Origin: Paramecium tetraurelia
Taxonomy: Eukaryota
Assembly: GCA_000165425.1 (NCBI GenBank)
Contig: CT868012.1
Coordinates: forward strand, 124,001 to 188,000
Length of the DNA: 64,000 nucleotides
Direction of reading: 5' to 3'
The position numbers and the translations under genes were made by a program. Below, piece by piece: positions 25,701 to 40,700 of this stretch. Positions within the stretch are counted from its first letter, which is position 1. Each line of letters starts with the position of its first letter. The notes under the pieces were generated by a model, which did not search any database, was not told the origin of the DNA, and saw only the letters and a list, made by a program, of their open reading frames with translations.

Positions 25701-28094
25701 CGTCCATAATCCATATCATGAGATTACTTATTGATCTATTTATTAAAATCTGTTTTGTGACGAATGTCCCACTGCCCATTTTTATATCCTATAGTCAATA
25801 CATCATCTTTATAGTCCAAATGATAAGTCTACATCTTTTATATCGGAATCATTTCGATTGGTCTATCTTTATTAAGATCTATGATGTAACAACAACCTAA
25901 ATATTTCCCTTCTGCTGTACAAAACACCTTATCTCCATAATACACAACATTCATTAGGCTTGCAGGATCCCACTCTACATCTGGCATTTTGTCATCCTTC
26001 AGTTTCATTAGAAATTAAAAATCGAGATCCTCCTTCTTAGGTTTTTAAGATTCCATCATTCTAACTAAATATTGAGTAGCATTAAATTCTTAAAGGTAAT
26101 TTTCACTATTATCAACATCGCTAGGTACTATAGCTTCATACAGATATCCATCCTTGCATGCCATCATAATTTTAGTTCCTGTTTTATCAAAACAAATATC
26201 ATTGATACCAAGCTTAGTTTCCCATAAACAATATGCTTGAATGTCTTGGATGTTGGAATCAGAATATTTGAGAATAAATATCTCACCTTTAGTCGATAAA
26301 GCAGCCACATAATTGGTGTTGCTGGATACAATTATTTTCTAAATTGGATTCGGATGTACTTTTTACACATTCAATAATGCGAAGTTATTTTAATTGAGCA
26401 ATAAAAATCTAACAATACCATTACTATATCCAACAACAACTACTCTCCCTTTATTAGTCATTGTAAATGGCATCCATTAGATACACATAGCTTTCTTAGC
26501 AAATTTACGTTTGTAAGTCTATTCACACTTGACATAGTCCCATAAAGTGATAGCCCCATCATCACCTACTGTAATTGCTGCATTCAACTAGGGCGAAGGA
26601 GTAAGATCTAAATAAGCACCTGAATTATTTCTGTAGATTATTTAAGTCTTGCCAGCTTCCCAATCAACTCTCCAAACTCTACCCCCTTAATCGCCAACTA
26701 ACCAAAAATGGTCATCAATAACAACCTAAATAATTTGTGCATTCTCTTCATCATCAATCAACTCTAAGGATTTTATGGGCTGAGTAAAATAATTGAGTTG
26801 ATCATCTCCTTCCGCTTGATCCAATTCTGTTAATTTCCAAGATCTTAGAAATCCATCCTTACCTCCAGTTACTATACAATCCTTATATAGGAATATTGAT
26901 TCTATAGCTCCTCTGTGACATGGTTCCTCTTCTGATATCCCAATTACTACTTTGATGACATTTCCTTCCCAGAGAATCAAACGACCATACTCAGTTCCAC
27001 TCAACACCTTTCCATCCGGGAATGGATAGAATGCATACACATCAGACAATTCAACTTAACCGAACTTTGCGATTTCTCCTTTTAACTTAAGACCTGTAAA
27101 AGTTTCTGCAACTTTCCAAAATTTGATGTGACCCATTCCACTTGTACCCAGTTGATTTACATTATACTCAGAAAATCCCACTTTATACACTTCCTGAGAG
27201 AATGCTTTGGCCTTCAATAGGATCTTTTCTTGTCTCCAATCCCAAATGCAAATTTAATAATCCGGAGATGAACCCACAGTTGCAAATTTATCACCATCCT
27301 TGGAGAAACATGTATTTGAATAGGATCTCTCGGTTCCCTTCATTAGTATTCGATATAATCTATGACTTATGTCATAAATGTAAACATTAGGAAATGTTCC
27401 TTTCTCTGCCACTGAATAATACTTCCTGGATGGATGGACTGCAACACTTCCAATGCCACCCCCATCTCTACTGAAAAATGTTTCATTTGTTCCTTATACA
27501 AAATTATAAAAATGGTAACTGATGCCACTTGCATACACAAAAGTTTGTGAATCTATTAGCCACAAATTGCTTTTTTTGTTTGAATCCATTCCGAAACAAT
27601 CATGGAATTGAATTGTATCTGGATGTATATAAGGTTGTATCTCTTCTTGCTTCTCAGGCTGCCAATCATCAGGTGGGTAGTAACCTTCATCTATCAAATT
27701 TGAAATAACGTTTTGAGGATCATCCTTTGTTTCATCATTCCCAATTTACTTTGGATCTTAATTTACTGATTTTTCTAGTATGTTCTTGACGTTCTCGTTT
27801 ATTTTTAATGAATTATGAATGTCAGATTGCTAGTTCGTCCCAATCTGAGACTCATTCTTTAATGGACCTTCCTACACCTATTGATCTCCCTGTACCTATT
27901 CGCTCTTTGCAGTCTCTAAAGTTAATACTTAGAAAATAGCAATTACTAAAATCATCTTGTTGTTCCTCCTCAGGCAATTCCAAAGTCGGCTATTATTAAC
28001 CTAACTAAGGAGGTTATATTTCTAGTAATCCAGCCTAAGATTCTGTGCGGTTCATTTAAAGGTCACTGCTTGGTTCTTGCTTATCTTCATCCAT
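22762..28094 (-). CDS. CFAP44: Cilia- and flagella-associated protein 44 (WDR52): WD40 repeats plus long coiled coil
   Basis: GHIKFWKVAETFTGLKLKGEIAKFGQVELSDVYAFYPFPDGKVLSGTEYGRLILWEG, IGDYKLKSSP..VP, and C-terminal EIGLYKKKGGHIY. Confidence 0.92.
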
Positions 28095-28152
28095 TTTTAA
28101 ATTTTAATACTATTTCCAAATTATACAGATTCATATATTTTTTCATTAATTC

Positions 28153-29369
28153 ATGCAACAAAATCCAGAATTCAAGCAAATTCAAGGTTTGCTCTAACAC
28201 TCCTAATAACTTAGTACTTTTAACATTACTTTTGCTTACATAACCAAAGCTTATGTTGCATAAAGATTACATGCACTCTACAAAAAGACTCAGCAATAGG
28301 TATCATTCTTAATAATCCTTTTCTAAGAATTACATGTAAATGCTGTAATAATTGATCAGCGAATTGGAAAGTTTAAAGACCTAGAATCCATAATTGTAAA
28401 ATAAAGAGGAAAACAAAAAGCATTATACAGAATTCGTTTATAAATTCTTCTATGATGCAGACACAAGAGAAAGAGACGGAGAGGTTTCCTAAGAACTCAT
28501 GCATATGTTTGGATCAGTTTAAAAGGCTATTGAAGTGCTCCAATACTTTGAACCACTGAATTAGGATCAATTGGAAAAGCGTAATTGCTATTTAAATATT
28601 ATAGAAAAATACGCAAAATTTAAGATGGTTGACTAACATAAAAAACTGAAAGATCCAACATTAATTTAACCTAAACCTAAGGATTCCATAGAAGAAGAGC
28701 TTGAATAAATTGCATAAAAATAACTTTAAATATCATAACATTAATAATAAAATACTACTCAGCAATAATTATAATAATAACAAACAGAGCAGCCAGCAAT
28801 AATACAATAACCTATTAAACCAGGGGTCCCATAAAATGAAACACCATAAACTTCACTTCAATAATAATAATCGTAGTATTAATAATAGTTGTAATAATAA
28901 TAGTAGTAATGGTAATCTTAATAGAAGCAATAGTAATCATAATATTAATAATAGTAATAATAATAATAATAATTATAATAGTAATAATAATAGTAATAAT
29001 AATAATTGTAATAATAATAATAGCAATAATTGTTGTTATAATAATAGTAATATTAGTAATAATAACAGCAATTATAATAACAATAATAATAATTATTACA
29101 ATAATAATAATAATAATAATTAATAAATTAATAATAAATGTCATCTCAAGCACAACCATAATGTAAGCATTCAAATCTTAATTTTAGCATAATAAGGGAA
29201 AACCTAAGCAACCAAACTATCACCAATGGAATAAGCCTAAATGAGAAACTAAATCAAAACTATTTTATAATAAGCAATTTCAGAAGTAGACTTTAAAAAA
29301 TATTAAAATGCAAAAGATTAACTCCAAAAAACTTTAGGAATGCTATAATAATTATTAGATAGTTAGTGA
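28153..29369 (+). CDS. VTA1: Vta1/LIP5 (ESCRT Vps4 activator): MIT domains, polyQ linker, VSL domain
   Basis: FVYKFFYDADTRERDG..EVLQYFEPL..LEKRKYAKFK (MIT2) and C-terminal QQAISEVDFKKYQNAKDQLQKTLGML (VSL). Confidence 0.8.
28858..29135 (+). repeat. Imperfect (TAA/TAG/CAA)n trinucleotide tract encoding about 90 residues of mostly Gln inside VTA1
   Basis: Directly visible AAT/TAA repeat, in frame with VTA1 under the ciliate code. Confidence 0.9.
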
Positions 29370-29390
29370 ATATTCACTTAATATTATTTA

Positions 29391-30447
29391 TCAAAAAATA
29401 TCACATTTATACTGTTCTTCCCCCTCCTCTTCATCCTTCTACTTCTATGGATTTGGTTTTGTAGAACTTTACTTTTTTTACTATTGTTGTGGATATTCTT
29501 ATTTGATTAAGGTTAAGGATTCCTTACTATTATCAGTGTTTCCATACATAATATCATCAATGTCAATATTAGTATTGTATATTTACTGTTAATGTTTCTC
29601 TTGTTATATTATTTAAACTGATTCAGGTATGCTTATTTCTTCTGCTATATCTGGATTTTACTCAATTTTCTATGACAAAATTTCTAATTCCTCTTTTTAT
29701 TATTTTAATCTTTGCAATTAAGTCTTTTTATCATTTAATTCTTGCTCCTTCAAATATAGATTAGTGTCATAAGCACGTATTTCTTGCTCTTTTTCTTAGC
29801 ACTCCTACTGTACCTATTCTTTAAGAGCATTTAATTCTGACATTTTCTTTTTAATTTCCTAAACTTCTTGCTCATATTAACACTTATCTTAAGTTTTTTG
29901 GGAATACTTTAATCTATAGTCCTCAGTTTCCTTTTCTAATATTCTTAAGTCGATCTATTATTTGTCTTATTGAGCATCTCGTTCATTCTACAACTCTTAT
30001 TTCTTTTTTTACGCTTATTCTATATGTTTTTTCAATTTTTTTGCAGAATCCTTTAAAGATTGTAAAAATTTGTTCCTTTTTTTCTCAGCAGTTATTTAAG
30101 AGGCTTTCATATAACAGATATCGCAAACTCTATTCTTGTTGATTGTTTTTTGAGAGCATTATCCACAACAGGAACTTCCACACATTCTAAAAGGTAATAA
30201 CAGAATAACATTACCTACAATGATGCTGTCTATTTGTCTAAGTAAATTCAATGACACAAACAAAACATTCATTTTGTTTCTTAAAATCTTATGGATCTAT
30301 AAATTCTACATTTGGCAACATAAGATCCTGCATTTTTTCCTTATACTATGAGAATTCTTGAACACTCTGATTAAATGATGAATGTCTAAATGAACTTCTT
30401 TAACTTAAGACTTCTGGAGATTATTCGATATATTTATTAGAAGACAT
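29391..30447 (-). CDS. FYVE zinc finger, coiled coil and C-terminal CaaX-like motif
   Basis: CFVC..FTQTNRQHHCRMCGSSCCGQCS..RVCDIC. One intron. Ends YKCDIF*. Confidence 0.85.
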
Positions 30448-30465
30448 AAAAATAAAAATAAAAAG

Positions 30466-32553
30466 TCAAAATTAGCCTTTGTCATAAAAATACAAAGTTG
30501 CTTAATCTTAATCTTCGTCAGATTAGTTAGAGGAGCTGGAATCTTGGCTAGAGTTAGTTTTTCTGTTAATGAAATTTGAATCGATTGTACTAATAGTGTT
30601 TGATGATATTTTTTTAAACTCAATTTTTGAGCTCGATTGTGAACCTGGTGTGTCGAATTTTTATTGCTTGTATTCATTTTAATCGATTCTTTTACTATTT
30701 TTTTCTTTATTTAAAGGGGTATTTATAGATTATGAATTTCCAAATAGAATACTTTCTGAATTTTCATTGTTTATCTCTTTTGAATTAAAAGGTTCAGAAT
30801 TTTATTTCAAAGAATTCCCTTTTTATTCTATTTCTGAAAAGCACATCGATTTTTATTTGCGAACTTCTTAATTTTTAATTGCAGTTGACAATTTTTCATT
30901 ATGTTTTTAATAAATTAAATTCTTCTGCTAATTTATTTAATTATTGTTAATATGAGGATTTTTTTGCAAATATTGATTCCAATTTTGATTGTACGTCTAT
31001 GCTTCTTCATAATTGCCTTTTTTAGCTATTTATGCTGTTTTTTAAGCTAATCTTTTATGAATGACTTCAACTTGAGCTGATTTTTCAGCCTCTACTTTAT
31101 TCTAGGTTGTTTAGACTAATTTAGTGACAACTTTCATCATTCTATCTCCTTTCAAATTTGTATAAGTAATTCTAATTTAAAATGGAATTTATTTTAATTT
31201 TTTTATGTCTATATTTTCTTTTTTTAATTCTTATTCTGATTTTAATTCATACTCAAATGTTTAAAGAGTTGATTTCGTAACATTTCCTATATATTTCTTT
31301 AATGTATTGTTTTCTGCTTTTATTAAGTCTTCCCTTCTGAATTTTAGAGCCTTATGCAAAATTACTTTTAATTCAACTTATGTTCCAACAACAACATCAT
31401 TAATAATGTTCGCAAAATCTTCACCTATTTTTTCAGGATTGACTCTAGTTACAATTCCATTTGTCCTTTCAACCAACTCTCCTAAAGTATCTATTTTACA
31501 CCCCTCCCCTTTTATTGTGACAAGTGATATTATTATCCCTTTTTCAGCAGCCATTTTCCCGAGCTCTTAATAAAATCTCTTACTCGATTCACTATCTAAC
31601 GCACCGATCCCTAAATTTGCCAACCCATCTGTGCATATGATAATCATAGATCCAGGTTTTCCTACTTTTGCTAATTCCAAAGCAGAAATCAAAGCTGGAC
31701 CCAAAGCAGTTTGACCATTGTCCTATAATTATTCGCAAATATTGATGATATTATCCGCTTATTTGCTAATTGGATTTTACATCATTTAATTAGCACATCT
31801 GCTTAATACTGTTTTAATTTAGACTTCTTAATATAATTCTTATTCTTAAAATTTAATTGGCTGTTATGACCCATCTCCATAAACAACGACTTCATTATTA
31901 AATGTTACCAATCCTACAACCTTCTCTGGGTTTTGTTATTGTAATTTTTTGATTTGTTATTCAATCGCTGAAAGAAGACATTGCTTTCTAGATACATAAC
32001 TAATTTATTTTTATTTTTTCAAATAATGAGCTTCAGTTCCAGGCTAAATAAACTACTTCAGCATTTCTTATTCTTTATTAGTTAATCCTGTTTTGATTGA
32101 AACTTTTCCTTTAATTTCTGTGGTAGTTGACATTGAACCGCTCGTATCAATGCAAAACGTTATTGAATTTTTTTCTTATTTTTAACTCTATTACTGGAAA
32201 TGACTTTGAATCAAGTACAAGGCTTCTTCCTTCTCTGGAATATCACCGTCCTGGATTTAAATCTCATTAAGATGAGTACAAAACTCACAATTCCATGAAA
32301 GTTACAAACAACTTCCACTGTTATTAAAGAGAGATAGATTAGAAAATTTATTCAGAATTCCTTTGCAATTCTAACAATACAAAGGATCTCCTTAGTGTAC
32401 TACTTAATTCTGGCGATCCTTTTCTCCCAAACTTGAAAAACTAACAGTAAAAATATTTGTGTCCAATTCTTCTTAAAGTTGATTTATATTCATTTCATTA
32501 TCACCAGCTTAAATTTCTTTTAAAAATGCTTTCCCTGATCCCATTTGAATCAT
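30466..32553 (-). CDS. Sec23-type Zn-finger plus vWA protein (resembles the non-Ras part of circularly permuted Ras, CPRas)
   Basis: GDPLYCQNC..WNCEFC, MIDAS motif FCIDTSGSM, VGLVTFNNEV, GQTALGPAL and ICTDGLANLGIG. The frame stays open upstream to an ATG at 32875, so the start is uncertain. Confidence 0.82.
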
Positions 32554-32897
32554 TTCTTTTTAGTTCTTAGCAATGTTAATTATTGTTTTTTTTTTTTTAA
32601 TTGGACTAGAATTTGAAATCTGGATTTTCTATTAAAATATTAGTAGAAATAACCGATAATATAATGGAAATATTAGTAATTATTGACTCGCAGATTTGGT
32701 TCTTGTATAAATATACATCATTAAAAACCTCTGGTTCAATTAAATAGGAAGGCACATTCTGGAAAAATAAATTCTAGAATTTCCATTGTACTCTCTATAT
32801 TATTAATTTTTATAAAATATACGGAAATAAAATTAGCCTAAAATAATTAGAAAGTAAAAGTATATATATTGACATAATTGATAATTCTTAGATAAAT

Positions 32898-35800
32898 TCA
32901 TGCTCCTTCCTTTTCGTCAATCCTTTTAAGAATATCCATTTTTGGAACCTCGAATGTTAGATGAATTGTGTGTTTATCTTGAATATATTAAATATTGAAC
33001 CTTCCTCATTGTACTTGCCCATGACCTTTTTGATATTAGATTATCTCCAATTATTATAATTTTTCAGTTATTCTTCAAATTCTCTAATAGATATTAAAAC
33101 ATATTATTATTATTTGTCTGTTATTTCAATATCGTGTTTAACTTAAAGTCATTATAATGTTCTTACAACTTAATTTTTTATGCATTACTGTTCTGGGAAC
33201 TATAACTGGTTTCAACTAATTTTATGTTTATTCTTCCTATTCAGATTATAGTCGTTCTAATTTTAAACTTTCCCTCTTAGGTTCTGCGACTTATCGTAAT
33301 TTCTATTCCTGCTCCATCTTCAACTTCTTAGTCACCAATCGCTAATAATAACTCTTATAATCCTATTAATATTCTCGCTCTCCTTCATTTATTTTGGCCT
33401 ATTCAACTTTGCTTAAGAATCTCATGTACTTCATGTAGATGTAATCAGACTATTGGATAATAAGTACTACATAATTACAATTAACTATTATTGAGGCTGT
33501 CGATTTTCAAAGTAGCTTTGATTCTTTTTTGGTCTATTGATCAGAGTGTATTATTATATAATTTACCTATTTATTTACATTATAATTCTACTCCTCATCT
33601 AATCCTCCAACTTTAGGATTCTTATGTTGATGTGACACTCTGTATAGTAGAAAGTAGTGAAACATCATTCTTACGGTCTTGCTCCAATGAAGAAATAGTT
33701 TGAATACAGCTTTCTCAAAGATGAATTCGCACAGATCCTTCTTAAACTCCACTGACTGATAAGATATATGTTTACTTTAGAGTAATGGGTATATATTATA
33801 GATGAACCACAGACATTTGGCAATGCAAATGGCATGTTCTGAATCTATGATGATTTATTTTATTCCTTTCAGAAGGAATGGGTAATCAAAGTAAGGAGGC
33901 ATGGCAGTCAAGGTGGAGAAGCATATATCCAAAATTTCAAAGGTTTCAATCACTTATTCTGTGTTGTATAAACTAGAATAATTTTTAATTCTACTTACTT
34001 TGTCTTATTAAATTGTAGACTAACTATAATCCCTAAGAGATTAACGTTTTGCATCAAACTCCTCAAGCCTATTTTCATAGCATCAGGCACTGAATCTTAC
34101 TATTTTAATTCACACATAAAGGCTTTAACTAAAATTCTATATCCTGGAATATCTTGCCAAGGCAGTATTTTCACTTGTAGAATATTTCTCACATAGATAG
34201 CCCATTCTTCAACAAAGAAACTAAAATTAATCGACCTATGCCTTATGTTTTCCTTCCAACTTTCATCATCTAGGATTTAATTGAGAGCTGATTAATTTTG
34301 AATTCCTTAAGTTTTATCATTCAAATAAGTATGAAAATAATTCTACCAATCAAATATTGAAATATTATTCTTGGTACTTTTATCTATGTTGGTTGGATCA
34401 TCTTCTTGTATAAATTCGGTGCCTCTTAATTCATTTAATTGAGGATCATTCGGTTTATTAATAAGTTCTAAGAATTTGACTCTGAATTCTGGTATTCTGA
34501 AATAACTGATGACTAAGATTTTGATATAGAGTTTTCTGGCTTCATTTGAAGGATCCTTTTAACTTAATTTAGATAGAGTGTAACGTAATGTATTGATTAA
34601 GAATGTTTAATAGTTTAAACACACTTCAATTTTCTAATTAGATTATTTTTTATTAAGAGCCTTAAAAAATCCCAATTGTTAAAGCATTAATTCGCCACGA
34701 CTTAAGACTTGATTGAGACATTCATAATAAGAGTCAAAAGTGGATAATGTTTTAGAATAATCGACTAGATGAATAGAGATTTAAATGAGTAATTATTAAG
34801 CTTTCATTAAATCATCCTCTGATTTATATTAGAAAGTTTTGATAGCACTTCCATGAGATTGGCCAAGAAATTATGCTAAACGAGTTAGATTTTGATCCAT
34901 TTCTTACCTAACTTTTAATTTTTCATCAATATTGAGAGATTTGTGTTCCATCTTAAAGATGCTGCTAGATAACTTTTAAAATTCCATTTATATCATTTTA
35001 ATTTCAGTAACACTGATGTTTTCTACATTTCCAACAACAGAAATGGAAGAAACAATTCCCCTATCTGTTTAAACCCCAAATGAAGACTATTAGAGATGAT
35101 TTGGGATTCGGACACTGATTTCATAATCAATTTTACCGACTTCAACACCATGATACCAAAGAGATTTAGGTTGATAGCTCTTGATCATTAACAATTTGGC
35201 TCCCTATTCGGCTGATACACTTGTTTCCATATTTGACAAATTGATATAGGTTTCTGCTACAAGATGATGATCTTAGATTTCCAAATCCATGTATTCAGAG
35301 TCATGCTGATTTTTTGTTTTCTTTATAATAGTCTTTTGTGGAGACTTAATATTGTCCAAACTCCTTCTATTAGAAGAAATAGACCATAAACACAATTGAA
35401 GTGCTGAGCCTTGAAATTCCTGGATTGGCAATTCTACTATCATTGTAAGTTCGTCGTTGATATGATCCCATTCAATTCGATGATTTGCCTACGGTATTAG
35501 TGATTAGATACTTTATGAGTAGGGGTTGCAGCCACAGAATCATATGATGGATTTGGAGGACTTTTTAATGAAGGGAGTCTTGATAAGGAGGTTAAACTAT
35601 CCTTTATAGAATCTTGGTCTAAGATGCTCTTACGACTAGTTTAAAATTGTGTGCTCTTCTTCTCGTTCTGTTTTCTATAGTTCGGATTAGTAAAGGTAGA
35701 TGAATGCTCAGAGATGTACGACAATTGGGAGGTCTTGTTAATAGTCATTTATTTGAACCACCAAACGCAGATTGTAATTGTATCTAACCTCATTCAAGCT

Positions 35801-36297
35801 CTAATTCAATTCCCATATAATGTATTTGCTCTATAGAGTTGCTTGAACAATTTGATTCATTTTCAAATCGAAACTCACATTCCCACTATTTTAGCCTCGT
35901 ATTGGTAACTCAAAATGGAAAGGACCTACAGCAGTTTCAAACAAATTGATTTAGGCTTAACCAATCACTGATGATGTTAGTACTGAAATCTTAATATTAG
36001 TTTCTCTCATTTATTATTCAGTCATCAGAAGTAAGCCATCAAAACTTGCTCGCCACTTAATTGCTTCTATCAAATAATAATTACATAATGTTCTCCTTCA
36101 TTATTCACATGCACAGGTGATGTATACTTACATCTACCCAAATCGAATTCAATAGAGCATTATCGGATATCTGGCATCTTCAACTTGATATTCTTCAACA
36201 ACACTTTTATCTACAATTCACCACTAGTTATGATTGGCTGACTCAATTTACAAATCTGATCTATTGGTTATTTCGTAGTGCTTCCACAAATTCCCAT
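32898..36297 (-). CDS. N-acylated (MGICG) protein with C2-like N-terminal domains and DUF1765-like C-terminal region
   Basis: IGQAQINLFETAVGPFHFELPI (C2-like), FDYPFLLKGI..HAICIAKCLWFIY, and KLFLHWSKTVRMMFHYFLLY. Several short introns. Ends EKEGA*. Confidence 0.7.
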
Positions 36298-36689
36298 TTT
36301 ATAAATTATTGTTTTCCTACTGATAATTTTATATATTTAATCTGTTTACCTAATTTATTTACGCAACGTAGACTAATTTCATTCTTATAAATTAGGAACT
36401 TGAATTGCAACTTCATAATAAGCAAAACTTTAAATTATGGACATATGATCCCATTAATTGAATTCAAAAATGAGAGAAATATACAATAATTGAATTATTA
36501 TAAATTCTACATCAAGGAGGAATTCATCTATTTGAACTTATTCTTATATGATAATTATTCTTAATTAAATCTATTACAATTTGTATAGGTATTATGAGAT
36601 AAAAAAAGGAAAACTGTTCAGGGATATGATATATTTTATGAATGTCCAATATTTTATATACATAATATCGATATTTATTATACAACAAA

Positions 36690-37556
36690 TCAAATTACAA
36701 ATTACCTTAACATGATTTAATAAGCAATTGAATAATGAGCAGCAATTTTCTTTTCGTTGATACGCATAGCTTGATTTATATTGATGAATTAATGTACATT
36801 TATATTTCTTCTTAGCCTAGCCTGCCAATAAGAGACTCTACAAACCCATGATTATCTCTACTGCAACAAAAAGGACCAAAACTATGATAAATTACACTCC
36901 TTAAGATTATGCTACTTTATCCGAATCTCCGTATATATATGATTAGGTGAGTTCTATCTAACTATAATCTATTAGTAATAATATAGTTATGATTCCTCTA
37001 GTGATGACACAAGTGAAAGTTAACATCATGAAGATGGTTAACAGTTTTTCACTCTTTTGCACAACACAAAAATAACCTAATTTGTTAAATTTTATCGATA
37101 CCCACCAAACATGTTAACAATTTTAAAATGTGAACCATAATCAAGATGATAATCAAGTAGTAAACAGAGAATCCTTGTTTATTCCAAACATAATAGCTAT
37201 AGATCTGAGTGGTGTCATAAAATTTTAAATTTGTTTATCCTTCTATATTAATAATTGAGCTAAGATTGTATAGAGTTATAACCTAAATTCTTAGAAAATG
37301 CCTTTACCATTTGTAAAGTGTTGATTAAATTAAATAACGCTGTCCTGTCATTGAATTTTGCTCTATTTTATAATAGCTTCTCAACAATTCTTTCCTTCTT
37401 TTTAGATTTTTATTTAGTGGGCGAAGGTGGATCTGAATGATCAGAATATTTATTTGGAGTCTCTGCTTCTTATTGTTCTGTCACTTTTTCAAATTACTAA
37501 AGCAACATAGCATTAGTCTCTTGCATTTCTAAATGATGATCGATTTCTTCATTCAT
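36690..37556 (-). CDS. Multi-pass (about 4 TM) membrane protein
   Basis: Hydrophobic segments YYLIIILIMVHILKLLTCLVGYFCVV, LLTIFMMLTFTCVITRGIITILLL and FIIVLVLFVAVEIIMGL. Three introns give a continuous frame. Confidence 0.72.
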
Positions 37557-37765
37557 TTTTTATATAATATAAATAATTTTATATATAAATTTGACGATTC
37601 GCATTTTCTTCTGAAAATTGTTTTCATTTAATTCACTTCTTGTGTGTTCAATGAGTAGATTCCATTTGAACAATAAATACTGAATTTATTTAGCCTTGAG
37701 CTTATATTATTTAAATCATAACAAATAATTAATATATTTTTCAAATTTAAATATTAAACCAAGTA

Positions 37766-40700
37766 TGGAGCCTGTTATGTAAGAGATAATGGCTGAAGTG
37801 AATGGCCGTTATAATTTAAGTAACATTTTGGATGTGCTAGACAAATTGAGGAGTAATAATTTATTACTAAAATAAGGAGCAAAAAGAATTGACATTGATA
37901 TGTATGACAAGGTTTATAAACAAATCATAACAGAATCGCGAAATGATGGAGACAAATGGTACTAAAGATACATCCCATTGAAACCGAAATAACTTAAAGA
38001 GTTAAACAGCCTAAATTTCTCATTCGATGTAAAAACCTCCTGTGATGAAAACAACCCAAATCAAACTAATAGGATCTAACCCAGCAGATTGGACAAAGTC
38101 TAAAAATTTACTAGTCCCACTACATTTGCATCTCCGCCAACCTTTGAAACCAGAGCATCAAGGTTAACCGATTTTTAATCTGATTACCAAAAAGAGTAAT
38201 CCTTCCCATTTATTAACTAGATTAACCAATCAGATTTTGCAACAAATTTCTGACGGAAAGAGACGTTCAGCTTAAAGTGATTATATAAAATCAGAAAAGT
38301 AACATAGAACAAATAGGACTATCTCTTCCTTCAATATTAACTCATTGCAATAACTTATATCCGTAGTACAGAGGAAAATTATGCAGCATTATAGACTTGC
38401 CTTTAATAAAATTATATTTCTTTACAATGAACCTGTCAAATTGTTGTAAGATGTTGAAATTTAAGCGGAACCATCCAAAGTTGCTAAATTCAGTTTGAAA
38501 GATTCTTTCCAAATTGAAAAAGATATCCAACTGTTTCAACAAAATCAAATACTTAAAATATTATTCCATCATTTTGACAATTTAGTAATATTGTGAAATT
38601 ATATTTAGAAACAAAATTGGTTGAGGAAAAAGAGAATTAAGAATTCCAGAAATCAAGTGTTACTCATGAGAAAACACAACTATCTCTGGAGAGCTTTTAA
38701 TAAGATGAGAAAATATTCAATTAAACATAAATAAAATAGATTAAAAAAGGTTTAATCAGATCACTTTTATAGTCTCAATTAATTAAGAGTTTATTTTGAA
38801 AAATGGATCAATTTTCATTTTGCAAAATAAAATAAAAATTCAAAAAATAAAATCAGTTTTGGTTTGATTCAACTCAAAAATTAAGAAACATTGAAAACTT
38901 GCTTTATGAAATTTAAATTATACTATCAACATCGCAGGGATAAACACTAAAATAACTTGTTAGCTTATGGTTTATATTAACAAAAATTATAAAAACTGTA
39001 TTTCACTTTATGGAATAACCTAGTGATGAATCAATAAAAACGAGAAACTAATTAATTTGTTATGAAAAAGTGTTTTAAAAAATGGAATTAATACCTCCGA
39101 CTGAAGGATTTTAATAGAAAACAAAAATAAACAGCTGATAATCTATTAATTTATTAGAACAAAAGGAAAATTCTGAGAATACTAAGATGTTTTCACACCG
39201 TAATCCAGAATAAAAACAATTATAAAAAATAGTTGAATGATGTTTATCTGTTCCAATTGTTAAGAAAAGGATTCAAAGGATTTGCAATCAATATTTAAAT
39301 AAAAGAGAAGAAAAATGAGTAATAATTTATTTAATTAAGATAATATCAGCAGATTGGGCGATTTTTACAAATGCTTTATATAAGCAAACCATTTAATATT
39401 TTACAACAATATACCAAAGAATAAAAAATGAAAAAAGAACTTAATTCCAAGGCTCGAGCCATTTATAAAGTTAATAAATTAAGAAGGTAATATCTACATA
39501 TTATCCCAAGATTAACTAATTTTTGGTTGAATTGGGCAAAAGAAAAGAGATTTCATAGGAAATAGGATATTGCTAATATCCCATAAATCAAATAGTTTTA
39601 AATTTACTTATACTTTAATAAATATCGACTTGCTTTTTAAAGATCCTTATGGCTAAAGAACTTAGTCAGAATAATGAGATCTAAACACTAAAAAGAATTT
39701 GTGAAAGAACTAAAAGTAAATATGATTCTATAATTTAGTTAAATAATATTAGATTTAAGTAGGAGAACAAATACCCTCTAAAACTCAAACAAAAAGTTAT
39801 AAGAGGACTAAGAATAAATCTTATTAATCACTTAAAAAAACAATAGTTTTATAAGTAATTGCTCTCACTTCATCAACATAACATAGTAAAACACATCTTT
39901 GATTATATGAAAGTTAGAGCATATAATTTCAGATAAAAAGTGATGTAATTAAATTTTGTAAGTAAATAGTAATAAGAGAAGTGTGTAAAGAAGTTTATTC
40001 GGAAAATATGTAGCAGGACCATTTTATTTCTGGCTTAATTATGGTTAAAAACATTCTTATTAAAGAAATATTCGAAATAACTTCGACAAACTACATGTTA
40101 TTAAGGTTTATTAAAAGTAAAATTGTTTTTTACATTAGAGTATTTAAAACATTGAACGATTATAAATGGAAAAAGAAAATCTAAAAAGTTTAAGATTAAA
40201 AAAATCTTCCAATTATTGTTTACAAGTAAAAGTTAAGATTTTTGAAATTTTGGAATGCAAAGCGATTATCAAAAGGCAAAATTGAAAGTTTTTGTGTTAG
40301 TTTTACAAATCTGCAATAGAGAATATTTTTTAAACACATGCAAGTAATATGATCTTCATTGTTTTTAGTTAATAAAAGTTAGAGACTTTTAGAAGAAAAA
40401 GTATATGGCATAAGGCAGAATATTTTATTTAATGAAATTTGCATTCAATCAATTAAATAAATATAAAATGTAATTAATGGTAATCTATATAATAGGAAAA
40501 AACTCAAATAAAGAAATAATACAGAAATAATAAAAAAACGATAATTATATCATCTTAAATCCAATAGTTTTAAACATATGAGAAGATTATTCACATTTGA
40601 GTAGAATGTAGCATATCTTACAGCTATCACTGTTTTGTAAATAAAGAAAAATTTATTATAAAAATACTTCAAAGGTTTTAAAGATCTTATTGTTCATAAG

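Noticed and set aside
28815..29174. ORF-track poly-Asn and poly-Ile 'proteins' on both strands
   Set aside because: They are wrong-frame and antisense readings of the TAA polyQ tract inside VTA1.
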